A stretch of DNA of 64,000 nucleotides. It comes from Haliotis rufescens. Lineage: Eukaryota. Shown piece by piece: positions 1 through 10,610 of this stretch. Position 1 is the first letter of the stretch. Every line of letters starts with the position of its first letter. The position numbers and the translations under genes were made by a program. The notes below the pieces were generated by a model. The model did no database searches and was not told where the DNA came from. It was given only the letters and a program-made list of their open reading frames with translations. The stretch covers positions 12,772,001 through 12,836,000 of the forward strand of contig NW_025964372.1 in NCBI RefSeq assembly GCF_023055435.1, in the 5' to 3' direction.

Positions 1-1050
1 AGCACATAGAGCCATGTATACATACAGTAGAAGGGGTACAAGCACATAGAGTTATGTCTACATACAGTAGACGGGGTACAAGCACATAGAGCTATGTATA
101 CATACAGTAGACGGGGTACAAGCACATAGAGCCATGTATACATACAGTAGACGGGGTACAAGCACATAGAGCTATGTCTTCATACAGTAGACGGGGTACA
201 AGCACATAGAGCTATGTATACATACAGTAGACGGGGTACAAGCACATAGAGCCATGTATACATACAGTAGACGGGGTACAAGCACATAGAGCTATGTATA
301 CATACAGTAGACGGGGTACAAGCATACAGAGCTATGTATACATACAGTAGACGGGGTACAAGCATACATAGCTATGTATACATACAGTAGACGGGGTACA
401 AGCACAAAGAGCTATGTATACATACAGTAGACGGGGTACAAGCACATAGAGCCATGTATACATACAGTAGACGGGGTACAAGCACATAGAGCTATGTATA
501 CATACAGTAGACGGGGTACAAGCACATAGAGCCATGTATACATACAGTAGACGGGGTACAAGCACATAGAGCCATGTATACATACAGTAGACGGGGTACA
601 AGCACACAGAGCTATGTATACATACAGTAGACGGGGTACAAGCACATAGAACTATGAATACATACAGTAGACTGGTACAAGCACATAGAACTATGAATAC
701 ATACAGTAGACTGGTACAAGCACATAGAACTATGTATACATACAGTAGACGGGGTACAAGCACACAGAGCTATGTATACATACAGTAGACTGGTACAAGC
801 ACATAGAACTATGAATACATACAGTAGACTGGTACAAGCACATAGAACTATGAATACATACAGTAGACTGGTACAAGCACATAGAACTATGTATACATAC
901 AGTTGACGGGGTACAAGCACATAGAGCTATGTCTACATACAGTAGACGGGGTACAAGCACATAGAGCTATGAATACATACAGTAGACCGGTACAAGCACA
1001 TAGAGCTATGTATACATACAGTAGGCGGGGTACAAGCACATAGAGCTATG
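1..1050. repeat. 40-bp minisatellite A (catacagtagacggggtacaagcacatagagctatgtata), runs off the window start
   Basis: Direct 40-bp periodicity; 38-bp variants lacking gg at ~660-900. Confidence 0.97.
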
Positions 1051-1838
1051 TCGTACAGTGGACGGGGTAGAGGCAGATAGAGTCATTGATGCGTACAATG
1101 GACGGGGTAGAGGCAGACAGAGTCATGGATGCGTACAGTGGACGGGGTAGAGGCAGACAGAGTCATGCATACGTACAGTGGACGGGGAAGAGGCAGATAG
1201 AGTCATTGATGCGTACAGTGGACGGGGGGGAGACAGACAGAGTCATGGATGCGTACAGTGGACGGAGTAGAGGCAGAGTCAGGGATGCTTACAGTGGACG
1301 GGGTAGAGGCAGACAGAGTCATGGATGCGTACAGTGGACGGGGTAGAGGCAGATAGAGTCGAGGATGCGTACAGTGGACGGGGTAGAGGCAGACAGAGTC
1401 GAGGATGCGTACAGTGGACGGGGTTAGAGGCAGAAAGAGTCATGGATGCGTACAGTGGACGGGGTAGAGGCAGAGTCATGGATGCGTACAGTGGACGGGG
1501 TAGAGGCAGACAGAGTCGAGGATGCGTACAGTGGACGGGGTAGAGGCAGAAAGTGTCGAGGATACGTACAGTGGACAGGGTAGAGGCAGAAAGAGTCATG
1601 GATGCGTACAGTAGACGGGGTAGAGGCAGATAGAGTCATTGATGCGTAGAGTGGACGGGGTAGAGGCAGATAGAGTTATGGATGCGTACAGTGGACGGGG
1701 TAGAGGCAGATAGTGTCATGGATGCGTACAGTTGACGGGGTAGAGGCAGACAGAGTCCAGGATACGTACAGTGGACGGGGTAGAGTCAGAAAGAGTCATG
1801 GATGCGTACAGTGGACGGGGTAGAGGTAGACAGAGTCA
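1051..1838. repeat. 40-bp minisatellite B (cgtacagtggacggggtagaggcagacagagtcatggatg), homologous to A
   Basis: 40-bp periodicity; consensus matches A at 30/40 positions without gaps. Confidence 0.96.
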
Positions 1839-2318
1839 AATACTACAGGCATCACTTTTCACATTAATTTCCTCCAGAACATGTTTGTGATATAGTCAAC
1901 ATGTATAAATTGTTAACCGTCGTAAACTCGTTAACATGGTTATATTGTGGTAGAATTGGACTTAAATCCTCCTGGTAGACGCTGGACACTACATGTTGGA
2001 CTTTGATGCCGGTAGAGGGAGCGCGTACGTCTTTTTGGGGGGGAAGCTGATGACGTCCATGTGTGCGCTGCAAGGAAGGCGGCGGCGGCATTTCAAGCAG
2101 CAATTCCCTGGATAGCCAAACCCTTTTCAGCAAAAATGGCTCCATTCTCAATTCATCTTTGTAAACATGGAAATAGCGTAGTAATCGCACCGTGGCTCAG
2201 TTTGACGGCTGAAACGGCCAAATTTCTGATTAATGAGCTCGGCTAAAACCAGTGCTTTAGAAGATTTTTTCTCTCCAACGTAAAGATGTTCTGCTCGTCG
2301 TAATGGGCTTGTTTGTAG

Positions 2319-2486
2319 CCCGTGCAGCTCTCCGACCCTGTCGCCGCGGTTAGCAGCACTTCAGTTACTCCCCGTGCAGCTCTCCGACCCTGTCGCCGCG
2401 GTTAGCAGCACTTCAGTTACTCCCCTGCCCTCTCCGACCCTGTCGCCGCGGTTAGCAGCACTTCAGTTACTCCCCTGCCCTCTCCA
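2319..2486. repeat. ~50-53-bp tandem repeat, about 3 copies
   Basis: ctctccgaccctgtcgccgcggttagcagcacttcagttactcccc repeated three times. Confidence 0.93.
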
Positions 2487-2787
2487 CTGCTAATGAACCT
2501 CCAAAGGCTTTTCTGCATTTGTTTCCCTGACAAAGATTCAATAGTGTGACGTTCTCTAACTCATCTTGGAGCGCCTAGCTCTTAGTTATGAAGCCCTATG
2601 ATCAGAGTAAGCCTTTATGAAACCCGTGTAAATTCCCCGTCAACGGAACCGAGTTCGCCATAGTCATACTGCCCATATCGTCACATATTCCGAAAATATA
2701 TCACAAATCATTTTGAGACATGATTTTACAGCGAATATATGCCTACATCACTATTTAAAACGTCTTCACCTGACGGGCATTTGGGTT

Positions 2788-3310
2788 ACAGTGCTTGCTA
2801 CCCCAGGGGTACTGTTTGTCGTTGTTGGAAGGGGACAGTGCTTGCTACTATACCCCGGGGGTACTGCATGTCATTGCTAGAATGGGACAATGCTCGCTGC
2901 CCTGGGGGTACTGCATGTCTTTGTTAGAAGGGGACAGTGCTCGCTACCCCGGGGGTACTGCATGTCGTTGTTAGAAGGGGACAGTGCTCGCTGCCCTGGG
3001 GGTACTATATGTCTTTGTTAGAAGGGGACAGTGCTCGCTACCCCGAGGGTACTGCATGTCGATGTTAGAAGGGGACAGTGATTGCTACCCCGGGGGTACT
3101 GTATGCTGCTAGGAAGGGGACAGTGATCGCTGCCCCGGGGGTGCTGCATGTCATTGCTAGAAGGGGGCAGCGCTCGCTATCCCGGGGGTACTGTATGCTG
3201 CTAGGGAGGGGATAGTGCTCGCTACCCTGGGGGTACTGTATGCTGCTAGGGGGGGGGGGGGGGGGGGGGGGGGGTAGTGCTCGCTACCCCGGGGGTACTG
3301 TATGCTGGCA
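2788..3310. repeat. ~46-bp minisatellite (gtgctcgctaccccgggggtactgcatgtcgttgttagaaggggaca) with a poly-G expansion at 3248-3274
   Basis: About 11 diverged copies visible. Confidence 0.92.
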
Positions 3311-3994
3311 GGCGGCATGTGGTAAATGCAATGCTGACAGAAGGAACACACTGACAATATGCTCGAACGTCATCATGGCTTTGACTTTGTACTTGTCACT
3401 ATACTGCGTACTTGCTGCTGTATTTAACAAACAGAGGTATTAGAGTAAAATCTGATTGAGCGTTATGGGTTCGCAATTTGTTTATTTTTCGATGTGTCCT
3501 TAAGGACTGTTCCATTAACCGGATTCACTACATTGGGAATTAACTCGAACATAAATCCCCGCACTGAAACGATAACTCCAGAGGTATTAGCAGGCGAGTT
3601 AATGGTCGCCATTGTAGTCTGTAATTAATGAAGATTAGGATGGGTGCTTTTTCATGTCGAGAAGCATTAAGTTTTAATTAAGCTTTTCGAGAGTGTCTTC
3701 GCCCATGTAGATGTGACGCAGCAGAAACCAGGTGCAGATTTCATTGGAAACATTAAGAGTAAAGCAGGACGCGTACAACTAGTATTGCTCGTTTGACGAT
3801 GAAATAATTGTTTAGTTATCTGATAATAGTGATGTTGTATAACAAGTGATGATCTGGAGGATATGGCGAGGGACATATGCGCGTAGTACAAGGGGAAAGA
3901 GGTGGTCGCAAACATAAAATATGTTACCCTTACAGCGTACAAATATACTAACTGAGGTGGCCACAATGAGTGCAATCTCATCACATCGGCCTGG

Positions 3995-4255
3995 GACCCG
4001 TGAAGATCCGGGTTAGAATAGGTCTTCCGCAACCCATGCTTGTCGTAAGAGACCAACTATGCTTGTCGTAAGAGGCAACTAACGGGATCGTGTGGTCAGG
4101 CTCGCCGACATCGTTGATGCATGTCATCGTATCCCAATCGCGTAGATCGATGCTCATGATGGCAATCACTGGATTGTCTGGTCCAGAATCGTTTGTTTAC
4201 AGACCGCCATCATACAGCTGGAGTATTGCTGAGAGGCGTTAAACAACAAACGAAC
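3995..4255 (+). mobile_element. Short non-autonomous retroposon (family X), apparently full length: structured non-tRNA 5' head, LINE-like 3' tail ending (CAAA/CAAC)n
   Basis: Homologous to copies at 25340-25540, 6024-6147 and 47850-47902; tail gctggagtattgctgag..gcgttaaacaacaaac related to the tRNA-SINE tails; no A/B boxes seen; ~23-nt internal tandem duplication at 4036-4080. Confidence 0.85.
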
Positions 4256-5829
4256 GTCAGTTTGGACTTTTGCTGATGACAAATACTGTGCATTATTTAT
4301 TTATTTATTTGATACTCCGTGTTGTGTAGTCGTGTATTTTGTTGAAAAACACAACACAAATAGCGTCAGTGTGGTACAGAGCAAATTTCAGTGACTCATT
4401 CGTGATATGTTGGAGGCATGCCGTATGCAAACGATTAAACATAAACGGATTGTGTTAAGGTTTACTTTATGTATAGGTCGCTACAAATACCTTGCCAACA
4501 TACACATATTAAAATACACGCACGGTAATTATATTATCAGTGATGTTATGTAATACCTGCCATTAACTATCACTCAAGAGATATGAATTGTCAAGCAAAG
4601 CTCGAAAATTGGATTACAAAATCTCGGAGGATATTAGCATCTGTGCAACGAATTTAGTATTTTCCTTCCCGGTGGGAGTACCTTCCTGGAGTCGATTGAC
4701 CTTGATCATGACGTAACGTAACTAACTCAGTGAGGGAACTGAATGCTGACGTAGGATGCAGCAACATACACGGGTCGCCCTCGAAATAGGCGTACAAACA
4801 TGTCTACCTCTCTCAGGGTCGCTGAAAGGAATCACTATCAGTGATAATGTTTACTTTCCATGGTTGTGAATGGGGTAAAGCAATTTGATGGACGTACTCA
4901 TATTCCAGGGTGATATTAACCCGCTGACGGGCTCAAGACCTCCACTCTCGATATCTTACAATTATCTCCCCTAAGTCACCCTCGGTTTCTATCGATTGAT
5001 TGACAGATGCTGATTTCACTTCCGCGTGCAGAACATGGAATACGGAGATCGTGTGTGAGGGTGCTTGTCTTGTTATTTCAAACTTGAAAACGATACAGGG
5101 AATGCATTCTGTAATTGAGGTTTTCTGAAGTTAAATGCGAACTAAAGTGTTATCTCAACAACTCTTCTTTATTTTCACGAGAGCCATTGCGCAATCTGTA
5201 ACTATTCGCAAGAACCTTCAACAAAACGGTTATGCGACATTAAACAAATCGACCGCGAGTTCCCTGCTAATAATGAATTTTTATTGATATCTCCATGGGG
5301 CAAAAAGAGTATAATTTCAATGTAATAATAAATCGCCTCTTTCACTTTTGTTCCTTGACATAATTTACACGTTGATGTGTTTAAGTAGTGTAGCAAATAT
5401 TGCTTTTATTTTCGGGATTTCACCACTTCTTTTCTACGACAGGAAGAGACGTTATTTTGGATGGGAGTGTCTTGCAGCACAATCATCGCGGCGTATCCCA
5501 AAGGCCTGCTTCCCTGGCTAATTATAGACACAGACAGGTTTCCATGGAAATATCATCATGTGTGTATTCAGCAGCACGTGGGAAGTTTTACTGATGCAAG
5601 TATTGAGTAATACCAGAACACAATAACCACACCACGAGTGTGTGCGTCACACGTTGTCGCAGACACCTCACACCGACATGGTCTCTGCTTACCGTTACAC
5701 AACACGGAAGCGTGCGGGTACGATACAAGTATCAATCTACGTGCGAACCAGATTTATATATTTCTTTTTCTTGTTTAATTTTAACACATACTCAAAAACA
5801 GTTGAGTCACGATTATCTTAGTAAATGTA

Positions 5830-5986
5830 AGTGAGTGAGTGAGTGAGTACGCAGCTTTTAGCAATATTCCAGCAATATCACGAAAGCAGAAATGGGCTTC
5901 ACACATTGTACCCATATGGGGAATCGAACCCGGGTCATCGGCGTGACGAGCGAACGCTTTAACCACTAGGCTACCTCACCGCCCCC
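5830..5986 (-). mobile_element. tRNA-derived SINE (family Y; Asp-like GTC anticodon region) with (ACTC)n tail
   Basis: Minus strand reads ggggcggtgaggtagcctagtggttaaagcgttcgctcgtcacgcc...gggttcgattccc (A and B boxes), then body and gatattgctggaatattgctaaaagc + actcactcactc; possible TSD cttagta at 5817-5823 and 5986-5992. Confidence 0.9.
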
Positions 5987-6023
5987 TTAGTACCACCATG
6001 TATGCAGTGAAGCTTTGTGACTT

Positions 6024-6147
6024 GTGAGTGTTTAACGCCCACACTCAGCAATATCCCAGCATTATGACGGCGGTCTGTAAATAATCGAGTCTGAAGCAGA
6101 CAATCCAGTGGTTGATATCATTTGCATCGATCCAAGCAATTGGGATA
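6024..6147 (-). mobile_element. 3' fragment of family X retroposon
   Basis: Reverse complement matches the 3' half of 3995-4255 (actggattgtctg..cagactcgattatttacagaccgccg..gctgagtg..gcgttaaac). Confidence 0.82.
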
Positions 6148-6456
6148 AAGAAGAATGTATCCTGTACGTTTCGTATATCCTCAAGGACTAGATACAAACA
6201 CTACACATTCCGACTCTTACTATATCTGTTTACAACTGTGTTCAGTTATGTTAAAAACGAATAATTATTATAATAATTTAATTCTACAAAATATGAATCA
6301 AACCCAACCTTGGTGTACACTCTGATTGGGAACAAGCATTATTGTGCATCAATATTTAGGATAATACTTGCCCCTACTCTTAACCTAAGGCGCGTATCTG
6401 GCCAGGGTACATTGGCCCTTTTATCAGGTTTTCACAGTGTGAAATTTTCCTCAGCC

Positions 6457-7392
6457 ACCCTAAAAAGTCATTCACAGCGGAAATGATGTCATCATTACTA
6501 GGAAAATGGCAACCGGCTAGCTCCTTTTTCATTTTTGGAAACAGGTGGAAGTCTGACGGGGCCAAATCGGGTGAATAAGGAGGATGGTCAATGAGTTCGA
6601 AGCCACAATCATGGATCGCTGACATGGCAACCACCGATTTGTGAACAGGAGCATTGTCTTGGTGGAACAGGACTCCTTTTGCCAGCATTCCCCGTCGCTT
6701 AGCTTTGATAGCTTCACGCAACTGTCTCAGTAGGTCAGCATAATATCTTCCATTGATAGTCTGGCCTTTTTCAAGTTAGTCAATCAGCAGAATACCCTTG
6801 GAATCCCAAAAGACTGAAGCCATCACCTTTCCAGCAGAAGGAACCGACTTGGCTTTTGGGCTGGCTGGTGATTCCGGATGCCTCCATTGTTTAGACTGAA
6901 TTTTGGTTTCTGGTTGAAATTGATGAATCCAGGTCTCATCAGTGATTACAAATCGGGCCAAAAAATCATCGGGATCTGCTTCAAAACGGTATAAATTGTC
7001 ACGGGACGTCAGGAATCTGATAAGCTGTCAAGAGCTTTGGCACCCATCTTGCAGAAACTTTTGTTATTCCTAACTCGTTGGTGATAATGTGCTCAACCCT
7101 CTCATAAGAGATGCCCATAACACTGGCAATATGTCGAGTGGTCAATCGTCGATCAGCCATCACCATGTCATGCACCCGGATAATGTTTTCCAGAATGGTT
7201 GCTGTCGAAGGCCTTCCTGGACGCGGGTCATCGTCAAGGCTCTCTCTGCCACGCTTGAATTCCACAGCCCACTTCTTTACAGTGGAAAAGGGAGGGGCAT
7301 CATCCCCTAAAGTGGAGACCATGTCAGCATGTATCTGTGTTGGAGTTAGCCCTTTCAGTTGCAGGTACTTGATGACTGCCAGTTTTGTCCAT
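6457..7392 (-). pseudogene. mariner transposase pseudogene (frameshifted, C-terminally truncated)
   Basis: ATG at 7392; ORF pieces give the HTH region (VKKWAVEFKRGRESLDDDPRPGRP), WVPKLL, TDETW, HQDNAPVH and YSPDLAPSD with exactly 34 residues between the 2nd and 3rd catalytic D; split over several frames. Confidence 0.94.
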
Positions 7393-7573
7393 TTCTGGTG
7401 ATTTCAATGGGTAGGTTCACAAGATGGTCTGGTACAAAGACAATAATAACACTACAGTTGCAGTTCTTATGTCTATGATTCATTGAACGATTGTACTTGT
7501 TGGTGGCAAAAGTTTGTTTCAATCAGATTGAGATATCCCACTTAGGCTTAAAACTTTTCAGCCGGCCCTCGTA
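6457..7573 (-). mobile_element. mariner (Tc1/mariner DD34D) DNA transposon, decayed, second TIR lost
   Basis: One TIR (TA)cgagggccggctgaaaagttttaagcctaag at 7541-7573; transposase motifs internally; no matching TIR near 6400-6460. Confidence 0.92.
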
Positions 7574-7664
7574 GGTACAATGTGTGAAGCCTATTACTGG
7601 TGTCCCCCGCCGTGATATTGCTGGAATATTGCTAAAAGCGATGTAAAACCATACTCACTCACTC
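7574..7664 (+). mobile_element. 3' half of a family Y SINE abutting the mariner TIR
   Basis: ggtacaatgtgtgaagcc..tggtgtcccccgccgtgatattgctggaatattgctaaaagcg..catactcactcactc matches the body and tail of 5830-5986. Confidence 0.88.
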
Positions 7665-7699
7665 TCTATCAATATCTACACTAACAGTACTCGTCCGGA

Positions 7700-7749
7700 T
7701 TGTAGGGTTTCCGTATTAGTGGGGTCCAGTTCAACGAGATTTTACTGTA
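7700..7749 (-). mobile_element. Possible single end of a pogo/Tigger-like MITE
   Basis: Minus strand begins TA-CAGTAAAATCTCG, a pogo/Tc1-type terminus; partner end not found. Confidence 0.3.
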
Positions 7750-9297
7750 TTGAGTGAGAATCAACCATTCGCCTATTAGATAATGAAACATATGCTGTGA
7801 TATTAACCAACGTTTGGAATATACATTTTTAAGCACCATTAACCAATAATGGATTTTAATCACCAGCGAACAACTCGATTGGTGTTTGTCATCTTGTCAG
7901 GTTATGCAATAGAACCAGCAGCTACATTGCTATGTCAGTAATCTTGATAACACTAGGAGCTGAGTCAACACTACGATGTGGAAGGTCCTTGTTATTTGCC
8001 ATTGCGGAAGTGTATAGTTACATGTCTGTGTTTATAGAACTGCCTGTTGTTATGGTATTCACACAGTGTGTTGTTAGCTCTGTCAACACCGTGTTTGCCA
8101 GGCGTCATGTGGAAGATAACCATTGAGGGTGATCACGGCATACTGCACGCGATCATATCAAATTCTTGAAGCATCTGCCCTCGTACTGCACGTGCAGATG
8201 TAAAGGCATGATGGTTCGTTTCCCGCATGTAGGATCACATTTCCTGGGTTTGATGATTTGCGCTCGTTTGTGTGTACAGTTCTTGAGCACGAAGTGCTGC
8301 AATGCGAGCTGAGACTGGATATATTTCTCCTACTAGTTTAGTAGTGACACTGAACAGAGTTGCGTCCCTCGGCTGCTGCCAGGATCCGCTGGTCAGAGCT
8401 ATTTGTTTAAAATCTGGAAACTACATCGACCGAAGCTAGTGGCAGCGGTTGTTGCAAATATTGGTGACGTCGTTTCATAGAAATACAATGCCTTTTATTA
8501 ATGGATATGTATGGTTCCTGCATATATGGGTCCGTTTCTACGTGTAGTGTACACAGATGCACAGTGACGGGTGTAGCCATAGATCGAACTAGCGATGTGT
8601 TCACTTTCAATGGCTTGAATGCAATACCTTAGCGACATCGTTCACATCGATACACCGCTAGAATATCGATAGTTTCTGTATACAAATCTGGAACAAGGTC
8701 TATGAGTGTATTAAACTTCGATGTATCTTTTTGAAATATGTACCTACATTGACCTTATTTTGATAGATGTCTAAGATACCACGCATACCTGGTGAAGAGT
8801 TGTAGAGAGCTGCATGTTCCTCCGGGTGGATGCAATGACTCGGTCGTATTACTTGACCTGAAGAGGGAGGGGGGGGGGGGGGGAAGGGAAGAGGTATTCA
8901 GAGGAACAGTTACATTATTTGTGACCCACCAGGAGAAGAGGCACCATATGGGTGCTAGAATACAATTGTGCCGTGATGTCATAAAGAAAGAAGTCTGACG
9001 TCAAAATCGCCATGTGTGCGGACTGTAAAAAGATTTATCATCCAAAACTGGCTCCCACGGGAGATATCGCTTGGAAGAGATCAAGCGATATCTACACTGT
9101 AGATATCCCTGCAATGAAATTACATCACAATGCTTTGCAGACCATTGTGACATCACTGGTTACCATGACGTCACAATCAAATGACATCACTAATGGCTCT
9201 GCTACTGAAGCTGTTAGCAGTACTTTTTACACAAAGACGCTGCTTATTACTGTCTTCAAACTGAAAATGTTGGAAGAATGATGTTGGATGATAAATA

Positions 9298-9447
9298 AAA
9301 TATCACCCTCTTTTGATATCACATATATCAACATTCGTTGATAAAAGTGGCAAAAATCCTCGGCAAGCCTGTTGATATATCGGAGTTTTACCACTTTTAT
9401 CAACGAGTGTTGATATATTTAATATCAAAAGACAAGAGGGTGAGATT
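9298..9447. repeat. Long imperfect inverted repeat (arms ~60 bp), possibly the end of a Crypton-like non-autonomous DNA element
   Basis: tcaccctcttttgatatcacatatatcaacattcgttgataaaagtggcaaaa pairs with ttttaccacttttatcaacgagtgttgatatatttaatatcaaaag..agagggtga; family assignment is from memory only. Confidence 0.8.
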
Positions 9448-10610
9448 CTCTATATATCTTATTTTCTCTCGTTAGTTCGTAATGCAGTAAAAGCATCATT
9501 TCATATTTTATATAGAAATATGTACTGAAATGTGCTTAATTACATTTCAAGTGTATATATACACAAACATGTGGCACAATATTATCACAGCTCCACCTTA
9601 ACTGACGTATGCTAAAAGACAACAATAAACAATGGTTTTTCAAATGGTGACGCCATGTTGTGATGTTCTCAAACTGGTACTATTTATATTATACACTTCT
9701 AGAATTATTACTCTGAAACATTATATCCCCGATTCCCGTAATATATACATGTATTCTAGTATTTAACGCTATATATAATCACATTTTGGTTCATCGTTAA
9801 TTTAGGAGGATGAGAGACCATACAATTTCACGTTGCTTTATTGCCTAGCGATATGACAAACATTTATCACACATGTACATGAATATATTAACAGTGTTTA
9901 ATGAATGCTGAATATTGTGATACTGATATCAAATTGAAGAAATAAAAGGCTGGTTGTTTACCTTATTCATTGTGGCATTGAGACTATCACAATAGCTTTC
10001 TCTGGTTGGATCGGTCGATGCACAAATGGCCATAACTATCATATAGGTCAATCAAGTTATTTGATTGGGCAATTTTTCATTGTCCGTATGAAGAATACTG
10101 ATTTGTCTCTTTCAATTAAGATGGAATAGAAAGTTCCAATTTCACTGTGGTTTTCAATTAGTCATGTCCTTCTAGTCCATTGTCATGTAGATCTCCTCGT
10201 GCCTGTTTGTCCATGGTTCTGTTATCAGTGGTCTGCCCTCCGCTGTTACAGGCTCATCCTGTCTAGAGTCATTGATTTTCCAGATTAGTCTGCTAGACCT
10301 CGTCCACTAAGTCCTACATCGAATACTTCAATCAGTTTCTGACGCGCAATTAATACATTGTCACTTTTGTGTTAGTTTAATATTCTGACAAAATATTCCA
10401 GCATGGCGGACTTAAGACTTTAACGTGCATCTGATGTAAGTATACTTCATCATCACGTCCGCTGTAGAGCCATGCTAAGACATCGCTTCCAAAGAAGCTA
10501 TAAACAATGTGGAAGGATAGACTTTAAAGTGATGTGACTGCTATGTGCATTCTTTGGACGTAGAACATGTTATTCAGTGTAACAGTTCATTGTTCTTTAT
10601 TTACACTACT

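Noticed and set aside
3995-4090. Canonical HDV-like ribozyme
   Set aside because: The CUAA before the closing strand is suggestive, but P1 and a 7-nt L3/P1.1 cannot be assigned; kept as an unclassified structure
5912-5986. tRNA-Asp gene
   Set aside because: Acceptor stem does not pair and the sequence continues into a SINE body and tail found elsewhere in the window
6420-6456. Hammerhead core CTGAGGA...GAAA on the minus strand
   Set aside because: GAAA is sequestered in the tttcac/gtgaaa hairpin; no stems I or III
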